From: a virus
Lineage: Duplodnaviria; Caudoviricetes
Length of the DNA: 64,000 bases
Reading direction: 5' to 3' (one strand)
IMG/VR virus record: IMGVR_UViG_3300005077_000026
Span: 1 to 64,000 of that record
The translations under genes were made by a program, and so were the position numbers. The notes under the pieces were generated by a model. It saw nothing but the letters and a program-made list of their open reading frames with translations, searched no databases and was not told where the DNA came from. This document shows positions 45,632 to 55,546 of the stretch, one piece after another; the stretch's first letter is position 1, and each line of letters begins with the position of its first letter.

Positions 45632-46137
45632 GAGTGCATGAGAATAAAGCGTTCAACATTATCTGAAAGTAAAGTCTCCATGTACTTTCTGATCTTCCTA
45701 TCGTCCCATTCCCACCACTTTATTTTTAGGAGCTGTTTTATCTGATCAGGCCCGAATCTGAATCGGAGTAGCTTGCAGGGGTTTCCGAAGTTTAAAGAGT
45801 AGGGCTCCAGCTTTCCCCGAACAACACTGCCTGCCCCAATGATTGCCCCATCCCCCACTTCACAATCTCCCACGAAAGCCACATTCTGCCCAATCCAGAC
45901 ATCGTTGCCTATCGTGGTTTTATAGACTACAGGGTGCCCTTGAATTTCATAAGCTTCCCTGTAAATCTTTCTGAACTTCTTTGAGGAGAAGGGGAACGTA
46001 GTTACCCATCTCACATTATGTCCAAACATGATTGCTGTTACACCACTTGCTATCGAACAAAAATTACCAACTTCTACTATTCCCTGCCCAATTAGTTCGA
46101 TAGTCCCGTAAGTTGCTCTTCCATAGATAACGGGCAT
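45628..46137 (-). CDS. CatB-like hexapeptide O-acetyltransferase
   Basis: VGNFCSIA, GH...TTFPF, IGNDVWIG, GAIIGAGSVV, GNP, WWEW. Confidence 0.9.
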   Translation of the reverse strand: MPVIYGRATYGTIELIGQGIVEVGNFCSIASGVTAIMFGHNVRWVTTFPFSSKKFRKIYREAYEIQGHPVVYKTTIGNDVWIGQNVAFVGDCEVGDGAIIGAGSVVRGKLEPYSLNFGNPCKLLRFRFGPDQIKQLLKIKWWEWDDRKIRKYMETLLSDNVERFILMHS

Positions 46138-46853
46138 CGTTCGATCCTTTTCAAATTCTGAATTTTATCAGATTGTTTCATGGAAAGACAGAAATGGATG
46201 TTTTCCCAATTCTGCCTTTCCACCATTCTGTTTATATTGTCCCCTGTTCTGCTGATGCTCTCCCCTGTCAAATGCCAGATGTGATTTCCCCAATCTTTGA
46301 ACCAAGAACAGCCCCCCGTCTTTGTGTGAAACCAAATCCAATCGTCCCCGTGAAATTGCTTTATTAAATGACAGGGGATGGGGGGAACCAAATTCCTGGC
46401 TTTCCTGCTCATTGTAAAGCACCACCCCTCTCGCTTCCTTACCCAAACAAGCTTGAAGGGCCCTGTGCCGGGACGACTAAAAGAGGTGCGCTCAAATTCT
46501 ATTGTATTGGGACATACAACCCCAATAGTTCTTTTCCCCGAAGCATCAAAGGTCTGTAGCACTCTCTTAAAGAAATGCTTATTCAAAATGATATCATCAT
46601 TGTAAATGCCCACAAAATCTGCATCTCTGCTTGCTTTCTTCAGTCCCAGATTCCATGACTCATTTACTTGTTTTGTCCTGCTCTTAAAGACATCTACTTG
46701 AAACTTGTTTGTGGGTGGTATAAATGGAGTCTTTCCATCCGTATTGTCGATAACTATCAGTCTGGTGGGAAGTACAGAGTTTCCCAAGATAGAATCGAAA
46801 AAGTTATGGAAATTGTGGGTAAATAGAACTGGCACCATGACTTCGAATTTCAT
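46092..46853 (-). CDS. GT-A glycosyltransferase
   Basis: VPV, VIDN, NESWNLG, YNDDII, GDDW. Confidence 0.8.
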   Translation of the reverse strand: MKFEVMVPVLFTHNFHNFFDSILGNSVLPTRLIVIDNTDGKTPFIPPTNKFQVDVFKSRTKQVNESWNLGLKKASRDADFVGIYNDDIILNKHFFKRVLQTFDASGKRTIGVVCPNTIEFERTSFSRPGTGPFKLVWVRKREGWCFTMSRKARNLVPPIPCHLIKQFHGDDWIWFHTKTGGCSWFKDWGNHIWHLTGESISRTGDNINRMVERQNWENIHFCLSMKQSDKIQNLKRIERCPLSMEEQLTGLSN

Positions 46854-47956
46854 AACTTGCTGCCCACCTTTTTATCCTGAAGCATATAGAAGAACATTCC
46901 CATCCTATCTGTTATCCTCTTCAAACTCATGTGCTCATCATAGTAATTTCTGACCAGCACATTAACCAAATTGCCCTCCTGTCGAATTTGCTGCCAGTAA
47001 TTGAAAACAACATCTGATGCCTTCGATATGTCTTTCCAGTTAATGTTTTTGCAAAACTGCTGATCCCAAACAAGGGGGTGATGCCTGGACATTCTGGCAA
47101 CACTAATAGGGAGACCACAGGCCAATGCTTCGATGGGGCCTCTGTCATTCTGCCCGCTCTCACCTGCATAGATGAATACTGTACATTGTGACATAAGGAG
47201 AGCGAGGTCCTGGCGCGATATCATCCCCGGCATATCGACATCAAGCCCCGACGAGATCACGTTTTGGGGGATGGCTCCTGTTTCGACACCCCTCAGAAAT
47301 CTCCCCGGCATCACACATTTCAAATTCACGTTGTATCGATTCTTTATCACATCCAGAGCATAGACCATTCTCCACTGGCCCTTCTTATCATGGATGTGGC
47401 TCGCTCCAATACAAATGTCATACTTTTTCTTGGTCTGAAGGGGGACAGAACGAAAGATGCTCTCATTGGTGGGCTTCACAAAGTCAAAATAGAATCTCCC
47501 CAGTCCATCCGCATAGCTTTTCCCGGACAGGTCATCAAAAATAACGTCCCAAAACTTCCACCTCGACCTCCCCGAATTAGCTGCATATAAGCAGAGCCAG
47601 TGTTTCCCCTTTTTCTCTGCCAAATAATCGTGCCAACTTCTCCACCCCCCTCTTGCCCAGATTATATCCCCAGGTCGAAGATACTTATCGACACATCTAA
47701 TATGGGGCACCACGTGACAGTCAATCCCCTTTTCATACTGAAGGTGCCCAGGGTTTCGGGTGGTCTCAATAAAAATGAGGATGTTGTCAAAAACACCCAA
47801 ATCCTTAAGGGCTTTCAGCAAACAGAAGTAGCCTTCTGATGGGAGATTGTGAGCAAAATGGTTGCTTGTGGGTTGGTGGGGATTGTATTCGCAAATGTCG
47901 GGACTCTGTGCCCCACCATCATTCACATATAGAAAAATGAGATTCCGAGAAGCCAT
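46850..47956 (-). CDS. GT-B (GT4-like) glycosyltransferase
   Basis: KKGQ, GPIEALACGLP. Confidence 0.7.
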   Translation of the reverse strand: MASRNLIFLYVNDGGAQSPDICEYNPHQPTSNHFAHNLPSEGYFCLLKALKDLGVFDNILIFIETTRNPGHLQYEKGIDCHVVPHIRCVDKYLRPGDIIWARGGWRSWHDYLAEKKGKHWLCLYAANSGRSRWKFWDVIFDDLSGKSYADGLGRFYFDFVKPTNESIFRSVPLQTKKKYDICIGASHIHDKKGQWRMVYALDVIKNRYNVNLKCVMPGRFLRGVETGAIPQNVISSGLDVDMPGMISRQDLALLMSQCTVFIYAGESGQNDRGPIEALACGLPISVARMSRHHPLVWDQQFCKNINWKDISKASDVVFNYWQQIRQEGNLVNVLVRNYYDEHMSLKRITDRMGMFFYMLQDKKVGSKL

Positions 47957-47964
47957 CTTCCCAC

Positions 47965-49242
47965 CTATTTGTTGTGCAGAACAGCGTTCATCACAGGGGC
48001 GTAGTGCTGCATATAGAGGCTGTGCAGGTTGTAGCGTTGACGGCAGAAGGTTTTAGTCTGAAACATCTCATTCTCCTTCAACCTCCCAGCAATCACTTTT
48101 GCCACCTCTTGATAATACAACGGGTGAGGCTTTTCGAAGTTCACCTCGAATGACCCGAATTCGAAATACAGGGCATTGTGCCCAGTTATTTCCAGCTGGT
48201 TATAGAGGCTGCGATTCAGAACCAAGAAGTTCCCTGCAAGAGCAGCCTCAGGAACCACCAGTCCGAAGCTCTCTTCCCTTGTGGGAAAGATGAACAGGTT
48301 GGACAAAAGGAAAATCTCGCTGATCATCTTGTGGGGAATCCCCACTTCGAATTCCTTCTTGATATCGGGAGTCCAGAGAACTTCCTTCTCCGTCAGACCC
48401 ATGTCGGCTGCTTGCTTCTTATAAACCCCTATATCCTGTTTCTGTCTCTGGGTTGTTGCCCACTGAGCAGCCACGATCAAACACACCTTGAACCCCATCC
48501 CCTTCAAATAGCTGAATATTTCAATCACCTCCCCAACTCTTTTAGCGTGGAGCCTATCCACACTCGCAGGAAGGAGCTGCAAGATATCAGCTTCCATTAT
48601 TTGAGGGTTTTTGTTGACAAAATCTTTGGTGTCTTGAGAGAACTGAAAGTAGGTTGTGGGGTCTTTGATGTGAGGAATGATTCGGACATGGTCTGACCAT
48701 CCATGATATTTTTCTGCAACCAGGGTCCTGTTCACTTCACAGGGGAAAACGATCTTGTTATTTGGGCCCATCTGTTGAATACGCCACCAGTCGTGATCTG
48801 GACCCCCCGGCAGACTGTGGATCCAATGCAAGAATTGAACATTGGGCAGGCCGAATCCCACCTTCTTGATTCCCAAGAAGTAGGGAAGATTCCATCCAGT
48901 AAAGATCCAATCGTGTGTAAACACCACTTTGTATTGAGCCAGCTCCTTTGTAAAAACGTCCACCGTTTTCTGCACTACGGGGCGGTGCTCTGGCTTCAAT
49001 TCATTCTGGGATTTGTAATCGTGCAGATGGCAAAAGGGCACCATCTTCTTGATCGACATTCCCTCCGGCACGGGGTAGCTCTTTTCGTTAAAGTTCTCAT
49101 TGACAAAGACATCTACCTGGTGCCCATGGTTGGTGAGCATTTGCCATTGGTCCTTAACGATGCCCGTAAGACTGTACCCTGGGATGAACTCGCTAAAACT
49201 GGTGAGAATTGCAATCGGAAACATTCGGATTCTCCTTTCCAA
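47965..49242 (-). CDS. GT4-family glycosyltransferase
   Basis: HDW, FIFPTREESFGLVVPEAALAG. Confidence 0.9.
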   Translation of the reverse strand: MERRIRMFPIAILTSFSEFIPGYSLTGIVKDQWQMLTNHGHQVDVFVNENFNEKSYPVPEGMSIKKMVPFCHLHDYKSQNELKPEHRPVVQKTVDVFTKELAQYKVVFTHDWIFTGWNLPYFLGIKKVGFGLPNVQFLHWIHSLPGGPDHDWWRIQQMGPNNKIVFPCEVNRTLVAEKYHGWSDHVRIIPHIKDPTTYFQFSQDTKDFVNKNPQIMEADILQLLPASVDRLHAKRVGEVIEIFSYLKGMGFKVCLIVAAQWATTQRQKQDIGVYKKQAADMGLTEKEVLWTPDIKKEFEVGIPHKMISEIFLLSNLFIFPTREESFGLVVPEAALAGNFLVLNRSLYNQLEITGHNALYFEFGSFEVNFEKPHPLYYQEVAKVIAGRLKENEMFQTKTFCRQRYNLHSLYMQHYAPVMNAVLHNK

Positions 49243-49273
49243 GAGATTGGGCTGTGCTTACTGAATCTGATTC

Positions 49274-49302
49274 ATTTTGCAATATTTTATAAACTTTGTC
49301 AA
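49274..49302 (-). promoter_or_regulatory. sigma70-like promoter upstream of the glycosylation cluster
   Basis: minus-strand TTGACA (49302-49297), 17 nt spacer, CAAAAT (49279-49274). Confidence 0.55.
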
Positions 49303-49811
49303 GTTGTATATGTCACAACAAGCTTGGCAGGGTAGGAAGAGCCACTGACACGATCCCAGACTCTCCGAGCAGCAAACGAGGTACTGGAATTATCCAAAAC
49401 GTGAGCAACCAAAGCGTTGCCAGATTCCCAACCACCTCTATCGATTACTTCCTGCAAAGCATCTGTTATGTCGGGGGAATCATACCAAGTATCGTCAGAC
49501 CAGGCTCCAATATTATTCCAATCCGTATACTCTGTAGTCAAGCTTCTGCCAGTTAGGTTGGAGAGATCGGAGGGGGCAGAGGGGTTATCCGCTCCCTCAA
49601 AGTGTATTCTAACATTGCAAGTAATAACATCGTTATAAGAACTCACTCTTGCCTGGAATTGCAATTTAGCAGAAGTTATTGTGGCACCCGCAGGAATGGT
49701 AGCATTTTGAAATCGATACCAAGATCTGTAAGCACTACCACTATAATTACCAAGATAAATACTTGCATTATAAAAATCCGCTGCTGTAGCTGATCCATCA
49801 TCTGCTGTCAC
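49299..49811 (-). CDS. DNRLRE/CBM96-like beta-sandwich domain; probably the frameshifted C-terminus of the upstream gene
   Basis: RFQNATIPAGATITSAKL, YPAKLVVTY; frame open upstream to about 49964 as Thr/Ser repeats. Confidence 0.65.
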   Translation of the reverse strand: MTADDGSATAADFYNASIYLGNYSGSAYRSWYRFQNATIPAGATITSAKLQFQARVSSYNDVITCNVRIHFEGADNPSAPSDLSNLTGRSLTTEYTDWNNIGAWSDDTWYDSPDITDALQEVIDRGGWESGNALVAHVLDNSSTSFAARRVWDRVSGSSYPAKLVVTYTT

Positions 49812-52318
49812 ACTGATTTGTGAATTAAAAGACTGTGGACCAGAGGTGGTGGAAGTGGTTGTAGAACTCTGTGTGTTGGTCGTGGTGGTAGAACTACTTG
49901 TAGAACTCTGTGTGTTGGTCGTGGTGGTAGAACTACTTGTAGAACTCTGTGTGTTGGGGTGGTACTAAAGGAACTTGTGGTACTTGCAGTACTGCTGGTT
50001 GTGCTGATAGTGCTTGTGGTAGTGCTTGTGGTACTTGCAGTGCTGCTGGTAGTGGATGAAGAGGAAGAAGTGCTTCCCCAGGTATATGTGGTCATCGTGC
50101 TGGTGCTTGTCGAAGTAGAGGTCGTGGAACTGGTACTGGATTGAGTAGAAGAACTGGTGGTAGAAGCCGTCGAACTCGTAGTACTAACAGTGCTGGTAGA
50201 AGTAGTCGTCCACCCTGTCTCTGTAGTACTGGTACTGCTGTAGGTGCTGGTAGTTGTAGTGGTAGTAATGGCACCTGAATAATAAGCACCAACATAAAAT
50301 TCAATAGCAGCAACCGAAAACTGATCCCCATCCGCTTCAGGAACCTCAAACTCAATCTTCCACAAATCTGATCTTCCTACCCAAGTGAGTAGCACCTCAG
50401 CCCCACTTGAATAATTTGGGTAATAAGCAAGGAGACCATCATAAGCCCAAACAAGAAGATTTAAATTGGTGGCAGAGGATCGATTGTGGGTAATTCTCAT
50501 CCTTGAGGGCCTAAAACCAATTGCCCAATCCCCACGGGTCTGAATAATACCACCATTTGCCAAAGCAGCTATATTAAAGAGCCAATCTGTATTAGGAGCA
50601 TCCCAACTGGTACTAACCACACCATTCTTATAATCTTCCCTCCACCTACCTGAATCAAAAAGTTGTGCCCAATTGCTGTTGTACTTTATTACCAATCTCG
50701 TTTGATTTATGCCCACAGAAGAAGCGATGATTCGTGAATCAGTAAAATACGCCCCACCAGAATCCGAAAACCTGTTGAATGTTGTAATTATATTTTCACC
50801 CGAATAATCAATCGAGGGATAGTAGTGTTTCGGATCATCTTCATCAGACACTTCATCAATGGATTTATACCAATTATCTCCATCGTCCTCAGTAACCCAA
50901 AGCCCAGTATGCCATTCAAAATCGTCGTAACTGTAATACCTACCAGAAACAGCTATTGTTCCTCCATCCCCACTGACTGAAATGCCAGTCAATACGGGCA
51001 ACTCTGAAATGTTTCCTGCACTTGCCCAATTGACACCATAATCACTAGAGATTTTTACTCCAGGAAATCCTCCGCCAACGCTCCCTGCCGTATTGATGGT
51101 TACAATTTTGCTACCATCGTAGCTGATGGATATTTTACCACTGCCATTAATCAGGTATCTATTTGATGACCAACTATCACCAAAATCGGTTGAAACATAC
51201 ATTGCCCCCGGTGCACCTTGAGAACGAGCCACAACGATTGTGGATCCCGTCAAGCTCAATTCTATATCAACTATTGTGCTACCAACCCCAGGCAATGTGG
51301 ATTCCGCCCAAGTGCTACCAAAATCAGAAGAAAGATACAGCTTTAAATTATCTTCCAGCGTACATACTAAAATATGACTACCATCCTCATCACAACGAAT
51401 GACAGTCCAAACGTCTTCCGGAAAATTCAACAAAGTGCTTTCAGACCAACTATCTCCACTATCGAAAGACACATAAACCCTGCCTGTTGCATCCACCATA
51501 CCTATAAAGGAGCCATCGTAATCAGTGCAAGCTGCCAACCAATTCAAAGGCTCACTTTGAGCTAATCTATCCCAAGAGGGGGAAGCATCGGAATCTTGAG
51601 TGAAATAAACTGCACCCGCTCCTTCATATAAATAACCAAACGAAGTGCAATAAATAAAAGAACCACCATCACCCGATATTTGCACTTTATCCAATAAAGC
51701 TTGAATTCCACCTAAGGAAAAAACAGAGTTGTCTCTGGTGTACATTGTCAATTTTGGAGTTAACACAAACCCCGTAGGACTTAACGTCAACAACACCGAA
51801 TTGCCAAAATTCCAATCAACCCTGTCAATCACTTTCTGCAATTCTGAGGCAAGATTGGCAGAACGGTAATCCGAATAATAATATGGGGCTGAACGAAATG
51901 AGGGTATTATAATCCCAGACGTTAAAGAGAGAGCATCAAACTCCTCTGCCGATGTTGGAGAAACTCCATCCGCAGCGTCCTGAAAGGCAGCGATAAGGTC
52001 TGTAGCCCCCTCATTGGATGCCGCACCCATCAAATATGCAGAAATTATTTCAGCACCCTGAGGAATGTTTACATCAACAAATCTGAAAAACGATTCAAGT
52101 AAAAGGTAGTTATTGGAATCAAATATGCTATTGGTGGGGCTTTCCTGCAGATTTACATAATTATAATACTCGGAAACATTCAAAAGACTAGTATGGGGAG
52201 AGCCTGCCACAACTTCGTAATATTTGAATCCATCATCCAAATATGCAGGGGTTTCTCCACCACTAAGCGTGGTCCCCACATAAGCGATAATGGAACCCCC
52301 GGCCCCACCTAAAGGCAC
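49808..52318 (-). CDS. putative tail adhesin: DNRLRE-like domain, BNR-repeat propeller, Thr/Ser stalk
   Basis: IPQGAEIISAYL; repeated S-x-D-x-G-x-x-W boxes (SFDSGDSW, SSDFGSTW, STDFGDSW, SSDYGVNW); long Thr/Ser tract. Confidence 0.7.
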   Translation of the reverse strand: MPLGGAGGSIIAYVGTTLSGGETPAYLDDGFKYYEVVAGSPHTSLLNVSEYYNYVNLQESPTNSIFDSNNYLLLESFFRFVDVNIPQGAEIISAYLMGAASNEGATDLIAAFQDAADGVSPTSAEEFDALSLTSGIIIPSFRSAPYYYSDYRSANLASELQKVIDRVDWNFGNSVLLTLSPTGFVLTPKLTMYTRDNSVFSLGGIQALLDKVQISGDGGSFIYCTSFGYLYEGAGAVYFTQDSDASPSWDRLAQSEPLNWLAACTDYDGSFIGMVDATGRVYVSFDSGDSWSESTLLNFPEDVWTVIRCDEDGSHILVCTLEDNLKLYLSSDFGSTWAESTLPGVGSTIVDIELSLTGSTIVVARSQGAPGAMYVSTDFGDSWSSNRYLINGSGKISISYDGSKIVTINTAGSVGGGFPGVKISSDYGVNWASAGNISELPVLTGISVSGDGGTIAVSGRYYSYDDFEWHTGLWVTEDDGDNWYKSIDEVSDEDDPKHYYPSIDYSGENIITTFNRFSDSGGAYFTDSRIIASSVGINQTRLVIKYNSNWAQLFDSGRWREDYKNGVVSTSWDAPNTDWLFNIAALANGGIIQTRGDWAIGFRPSRMRITHNRSSATNLNLLVWAYDGLLAYYPNYSSGAEVLLTWVGRSDLWKIEFEVPEADGDQFSVAAIEFYVGAYYSGAITTTTTTSTYSSTSTTETGWTTTSTSTVSTTSSTASTTSSSTQSSTSSTTSTSTSTSTMTTYTWGSTSSSSSTTSSTASTTSTTTSTISTTSSTASTTSSFSTTPTHRVLQVVLPPRPTHRVLQVVLPPRPTHRVLQPLPPPLVHSLLIHKSV
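49861..49957. repeat. 39-nt tandem repeat, about 2.5 copies
   Basis: GTAGAACTCTGTGTGTTGGTCGTGGTGGTAGAACTACTT at 49861 and 49900, partial copy at 49939. Confidence 0.9.
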
Positions 52319-54793
52319 TCAAGCATTGCAAGATCGGGTATAAAGAGTGGTCCTATTGTCCTCATGTCTTACTATATTAATTACCCTAAATTTCGTTACC
52401 CCAGAAGTAATAAGACCTGATGTAATGATGCCCATTAAGCTACCAGCATTGAAAGAGAGTGCTACTATATCCCCCCTCATTATATCGTCCGCATAATTAA
52501 GGGTGTCCAACTCTACTAACAATGTGGGGAATTCTACTTCCCCTAAGTACCACTCAAGCATAGAGGAAGCAGCCATTTCCCCCGTGATATAGTCTAAATA
52601 AAGGGGATCAGCAGAAAGCTCTCCATAGGCAGAAACACTATCTGTGGATTCCTCAACCACACTACTTTTAGAGGCCTCAATATCCTCTTTGTCCCAACTT
52701 TCTACCCAATACCTATTATACAAAGCAGAAACCTTGTTTATGATTTCCGCTCTTGGGGTGTACCCAAGCTTTAGAGAATCCACCACAATCCGAGTATCAG
52801 CAAAAGTTTTGTTTATAGTATTCTGATTTGGCAAGTAAACAAGTTGGTGGTCCCCATCTTCAAAAAAATGCATTGATCGGGAATGAAATGCAATTCGGGT
52901 AAGAAAATCTAATGGGTTCTCATGTTCCACTAAAACTACAGCTAATCGAACCCCGTAAGTATCGTAGTCCGTACCAGCCTGAGTGTAGGTTGTACCAAAA
53001 TCAGCTGTAGCAGAAAGTCCACAATAGTGAACCAAAAATTTCTTTATTATGTAGTCTGGCCGCTCAATGACTGAAAGATTTGTTCCATAGTAACCAGAAC
53101 TATCAGCCCTCCATCCCTGAATATCTGCCGAAACGGCACCACCAACAACTGTGTCGGCAACACTGTTGCCCACCAATTCAACCGTACCAACCTTTACGGC
53201 TGCCCCTATCTTATAATCCCCCGAATGGTCAACACTTACTGTACCGCCTGCTCCTGTAGCAATAACCTCCACCCAAACTTCTGCAATTCCTGCATATCCC
53301 AATCCATTTGTACCCGTTCGGGTGAGTAAACCATCTTCCCCTTGTAGGTATTCCCAACTCTGCTGGGCCTCACTCAAATTTGTCCAGGAAGATCGAACAG
53401 TTTCATTTGCTGTGTTGCTTGTTATTGTTCTGCCCAACCATGTAACACTGATTCCACAATTTGAATCAAGAAAGCTCCCCATTTGCATACAAAGACGATA
53501 TTGGGAAGGCACCCCTTCAAGATCCTGATATTGCACCCTTCTGAATAAAATTTGAGTGCCTTGGTTTTTAACCCAACACTCAGAAGTTAGGTTTCCATCA
53601 CTCGCATTTTGCAGGGGATAATCGGGGTGAAAAGACCCACCTGCTTCAGGATTATAATGGTAGCAATAATCAAAATTCCAAGTCTTGTATGCCGCCTCAC
53701 CTTCATGGTCATGCCCAGGATCACCAACGTCTATTGAATCGTTTACCTCTATCGTATCCTCAATCTCCACATTAATTTGCTGAGTAATTACGGGCAAAGT
53801 TGTAAAGACAATTACAGCCTTCCCTGGGTAACTTGCATGTTCATCTCCTGATTGCCCAGTATAGGCTGTGTAATTTGAGGCACTTTGTAAAACATGCTCT
53901 CCCGTTTTTGCATTCTGGACATAGACAGCATCGAATGCTGTAACAGGATGAGCCATAGCATAGATATATTCCGATTGAACTTCTGCTACAATGGCCCCTT
54001 GGTTGTGAGCCACAGCTTCCGTACTGGCATATCCCCTTGTGCAGCCTGTTAAAGTTGTTCCTGACACCCCACTAAATAGAATTTGTTCAACATCTATCTG
54101 AGCTACACCCCCCGTAGGGGCAAATCCCGTGGCGTCGGATAGATAAAGTGTGGTGTCAGAGGCGGAACAGGCTTCACTCAAAGTATCTAAACTTCCAGCA
54201 TTGACTGCTAGAAAAGGAACTTTATTTGCTCTACCAAACACAATGGGGAAGATTTTTCCAATGTCATCAGGGTCTGCACCAGGGTAATCTGCAATCGTAC
54301 AAACTTCGGGGGCAAACTTATTGACAATGTTTATTCCTACATCCACACAGTTTACTATCACCGTGGCTGCTTCAAGTTCTGGGTTCTCAATCTTACCAAC
54401 AAAAAGCGTTATAATATCATCAGCACTTGAAGCTCCCTCAAACAGCTCAAAAATTCTTACATTGGCCGTAATGTAATCATTGTCCGAAATAGCAGCCAAA
54501 AAATTATCATATCCAAAAACAGGAACATAGTTATCTACCACAAAACGTGTTTCCCCAAAAGAGGGGGGATTCTTTCCTAAAACATCTATTTCCCCTAAAT
54601 TTATATCTCCCCACTCTAAAATCACAGGCTCATATTTATAGCCAAGAAAGGTAGATTTGGATCCGGCAGACCCAAACAACCTGTCACATAATCTCATGGT
54701 AATCCCTGAAAAAGCAATGGTGACTAATCGAATTGGTCTTGAATGGGGGCTATCGATAGCCGTGGTGGAAAATGCAGAAATAGTTTTAGACAT
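52319..54793 (-). CDS. putative tail tip/baseplate hub protein
   Basis: position after the distal-tail-like gene; PIVFG motif; ORF track start 54838 moved to ATG 54793. Confidence 0.6.
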   Translation of the reverse strand: MSKTISAFSTTAIDSPHSRPIRLVTIAFSGITMRLCDRLFGSAGSKSTFLGYKYEPVILEWGDINLGEIDVLGKNPPSFGETRFVVDNYVPVFGYDNFLAAISDNDYITANVRIFELFEGASSADDIITLFVGKIENPELEAATVIVNCVDVGINIVNKFAPEVCTIADYPGADPDDIGKIFPIVFGRANKVPFLAVNAGSLDTLSEACSASDTTLYLSDATGFAPTGGVAQIDVEQILFSGVSGTTLTGCTRGYASTEAVAHNQGAIVAEVQSEYIYAMAHPVTAFDAVYVQNAKTGEHVLQSASNYTAYTGQSGDEHASYPGKAVIVFTTLPVITQQINVEIEDTIEVNDSIDVGDPGHDHEGEAAYKTWNFDYCYHYNPEAGGSFHPDYPLQNASDGNLTSECWVKNQGTQILFRRVQYQDLEGVPSQYRLCMQMGSFLDSNCGISVTWLGRTITSNTANETVRSSWTNLSEAQQSWEYLQGEDGLLTRTGTNGLGYAGIAEVWVEVIATGAGGTVSVDHSGDYKIGAAVKVGTVELVGNSVADTVVGGAVSADIQGWRADSSGYYGTNLSVIERPDYIIKKFLVHYCGLSATADFGTTYTQAGTDYDTYGVRLAVVLVEHENPLDFLTRIAFHSRSMHFFEDGDHQLVYLPNQNTINKTFADTRIVVDSLKLGYTPRAEIINKVSALYNRYWVESWDKEDIEASKSSVVEESTDSVSAYGELSADPLYLDYITGEMAASSMLEWYLGEVEFPTLLVELDTLNYADDIMRGDIVALSFNAGSLMGIITSGLITSGVTKFRVINIVRHEDNRTTLYTRSCNA

Positions 54794-54803
54794 GATGTAC
54801 CCT

Positions 54804-55544
54804 CTAAGCAGGAACTTCGAGTAAGGAAAAGTTAGCAATCACTAATCCCTCGTTAAGATGCTCCTCTTCAAATAAACTCCCATCAAATTTTGCTAAAAAG
54901 CAATTATCTTCATGGTCTATTACATAGAGTGGTTTTACATAGTCATCGAGATACACAAAATCGGCTCTTAGAGTTGCGATCGGGTAATCTGTTCTATTAC
55001 AAAAAACCGAATAGGACCTATGTTTTCTCTTTGGTCCTACTCGGATTGAGTGATCAACACCACCGTAAGTTCTATACCAGCTAACATCCTCAACATCTTT
55101 AAGTTTAGGCTGGCTATCCCATATAACTGGAATAGTAACTGCTCTGCCCATGAAAACCTCGGTAGCCTGAAACGCAACTGATCCAGTCCTGAACCGCCAA
55201 TAGGCATGAGTTATCGCGGTAGAAAGCTGTTTCCGTATTTGACCATTACCCGATTGTGTCCAATCTGTAATTGCGCTTGTCCAGGAACTTCCATCATCAG
55301 AATATTCCCAATAACAAGCCACACCGTTCAGATTATGGCCCTCCACAATTAAAGTATCTACCGCCAGTGCATTCCCTGATATCGTAACCGTGTAAGCTCC
55401 AGCCGCCGAATAGACACAGTAAAACCCCAAAGACCTATCATAGAGTCTTGCTGCTGGATAACCCGAATCGGCCCCCGTGACAGCAACCGTTCCCTCTTCC
55501 AAAATATTGTATGACAATAATTTTACTTTAGATGATATTGCCAT
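54804..55544 (-). CDS. putative distal tail protein
   Basis: position immediately after the tape measure gene; YWRF motif. Confidence 0.55.
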   Translation of the reverse strand: MAISSKVKLLSYNILEEGTVAVTGADSGYPAARLYDRSLGFYCVYSAAGAYTVTISGNALAVDTLIVEGHNLNGVACYWEYSDDGSSWTSAITDWTQSGNGQIRKQLSTAITHAYWRFRTGSVAFQATEVFMGRAVTIPVIWDSQPKLKDVEDVSWYRTYGGVDHSIRVGPKRKHRSYSVFCNRTDYPIATLRADFVYLDDYVKPLYVIDHEDNCFLAKFDGSLFEEEHLNEGLVIANFSLLEVPA

Positions 55545-55546
55545 AT

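Noticed and set aside
49808-49960. PTHRVLQVVLPPR repeat as a real protein domain
   Set aside because: It is the out-of-frame reading of a 39-nt Thr/Ser-coding repeat
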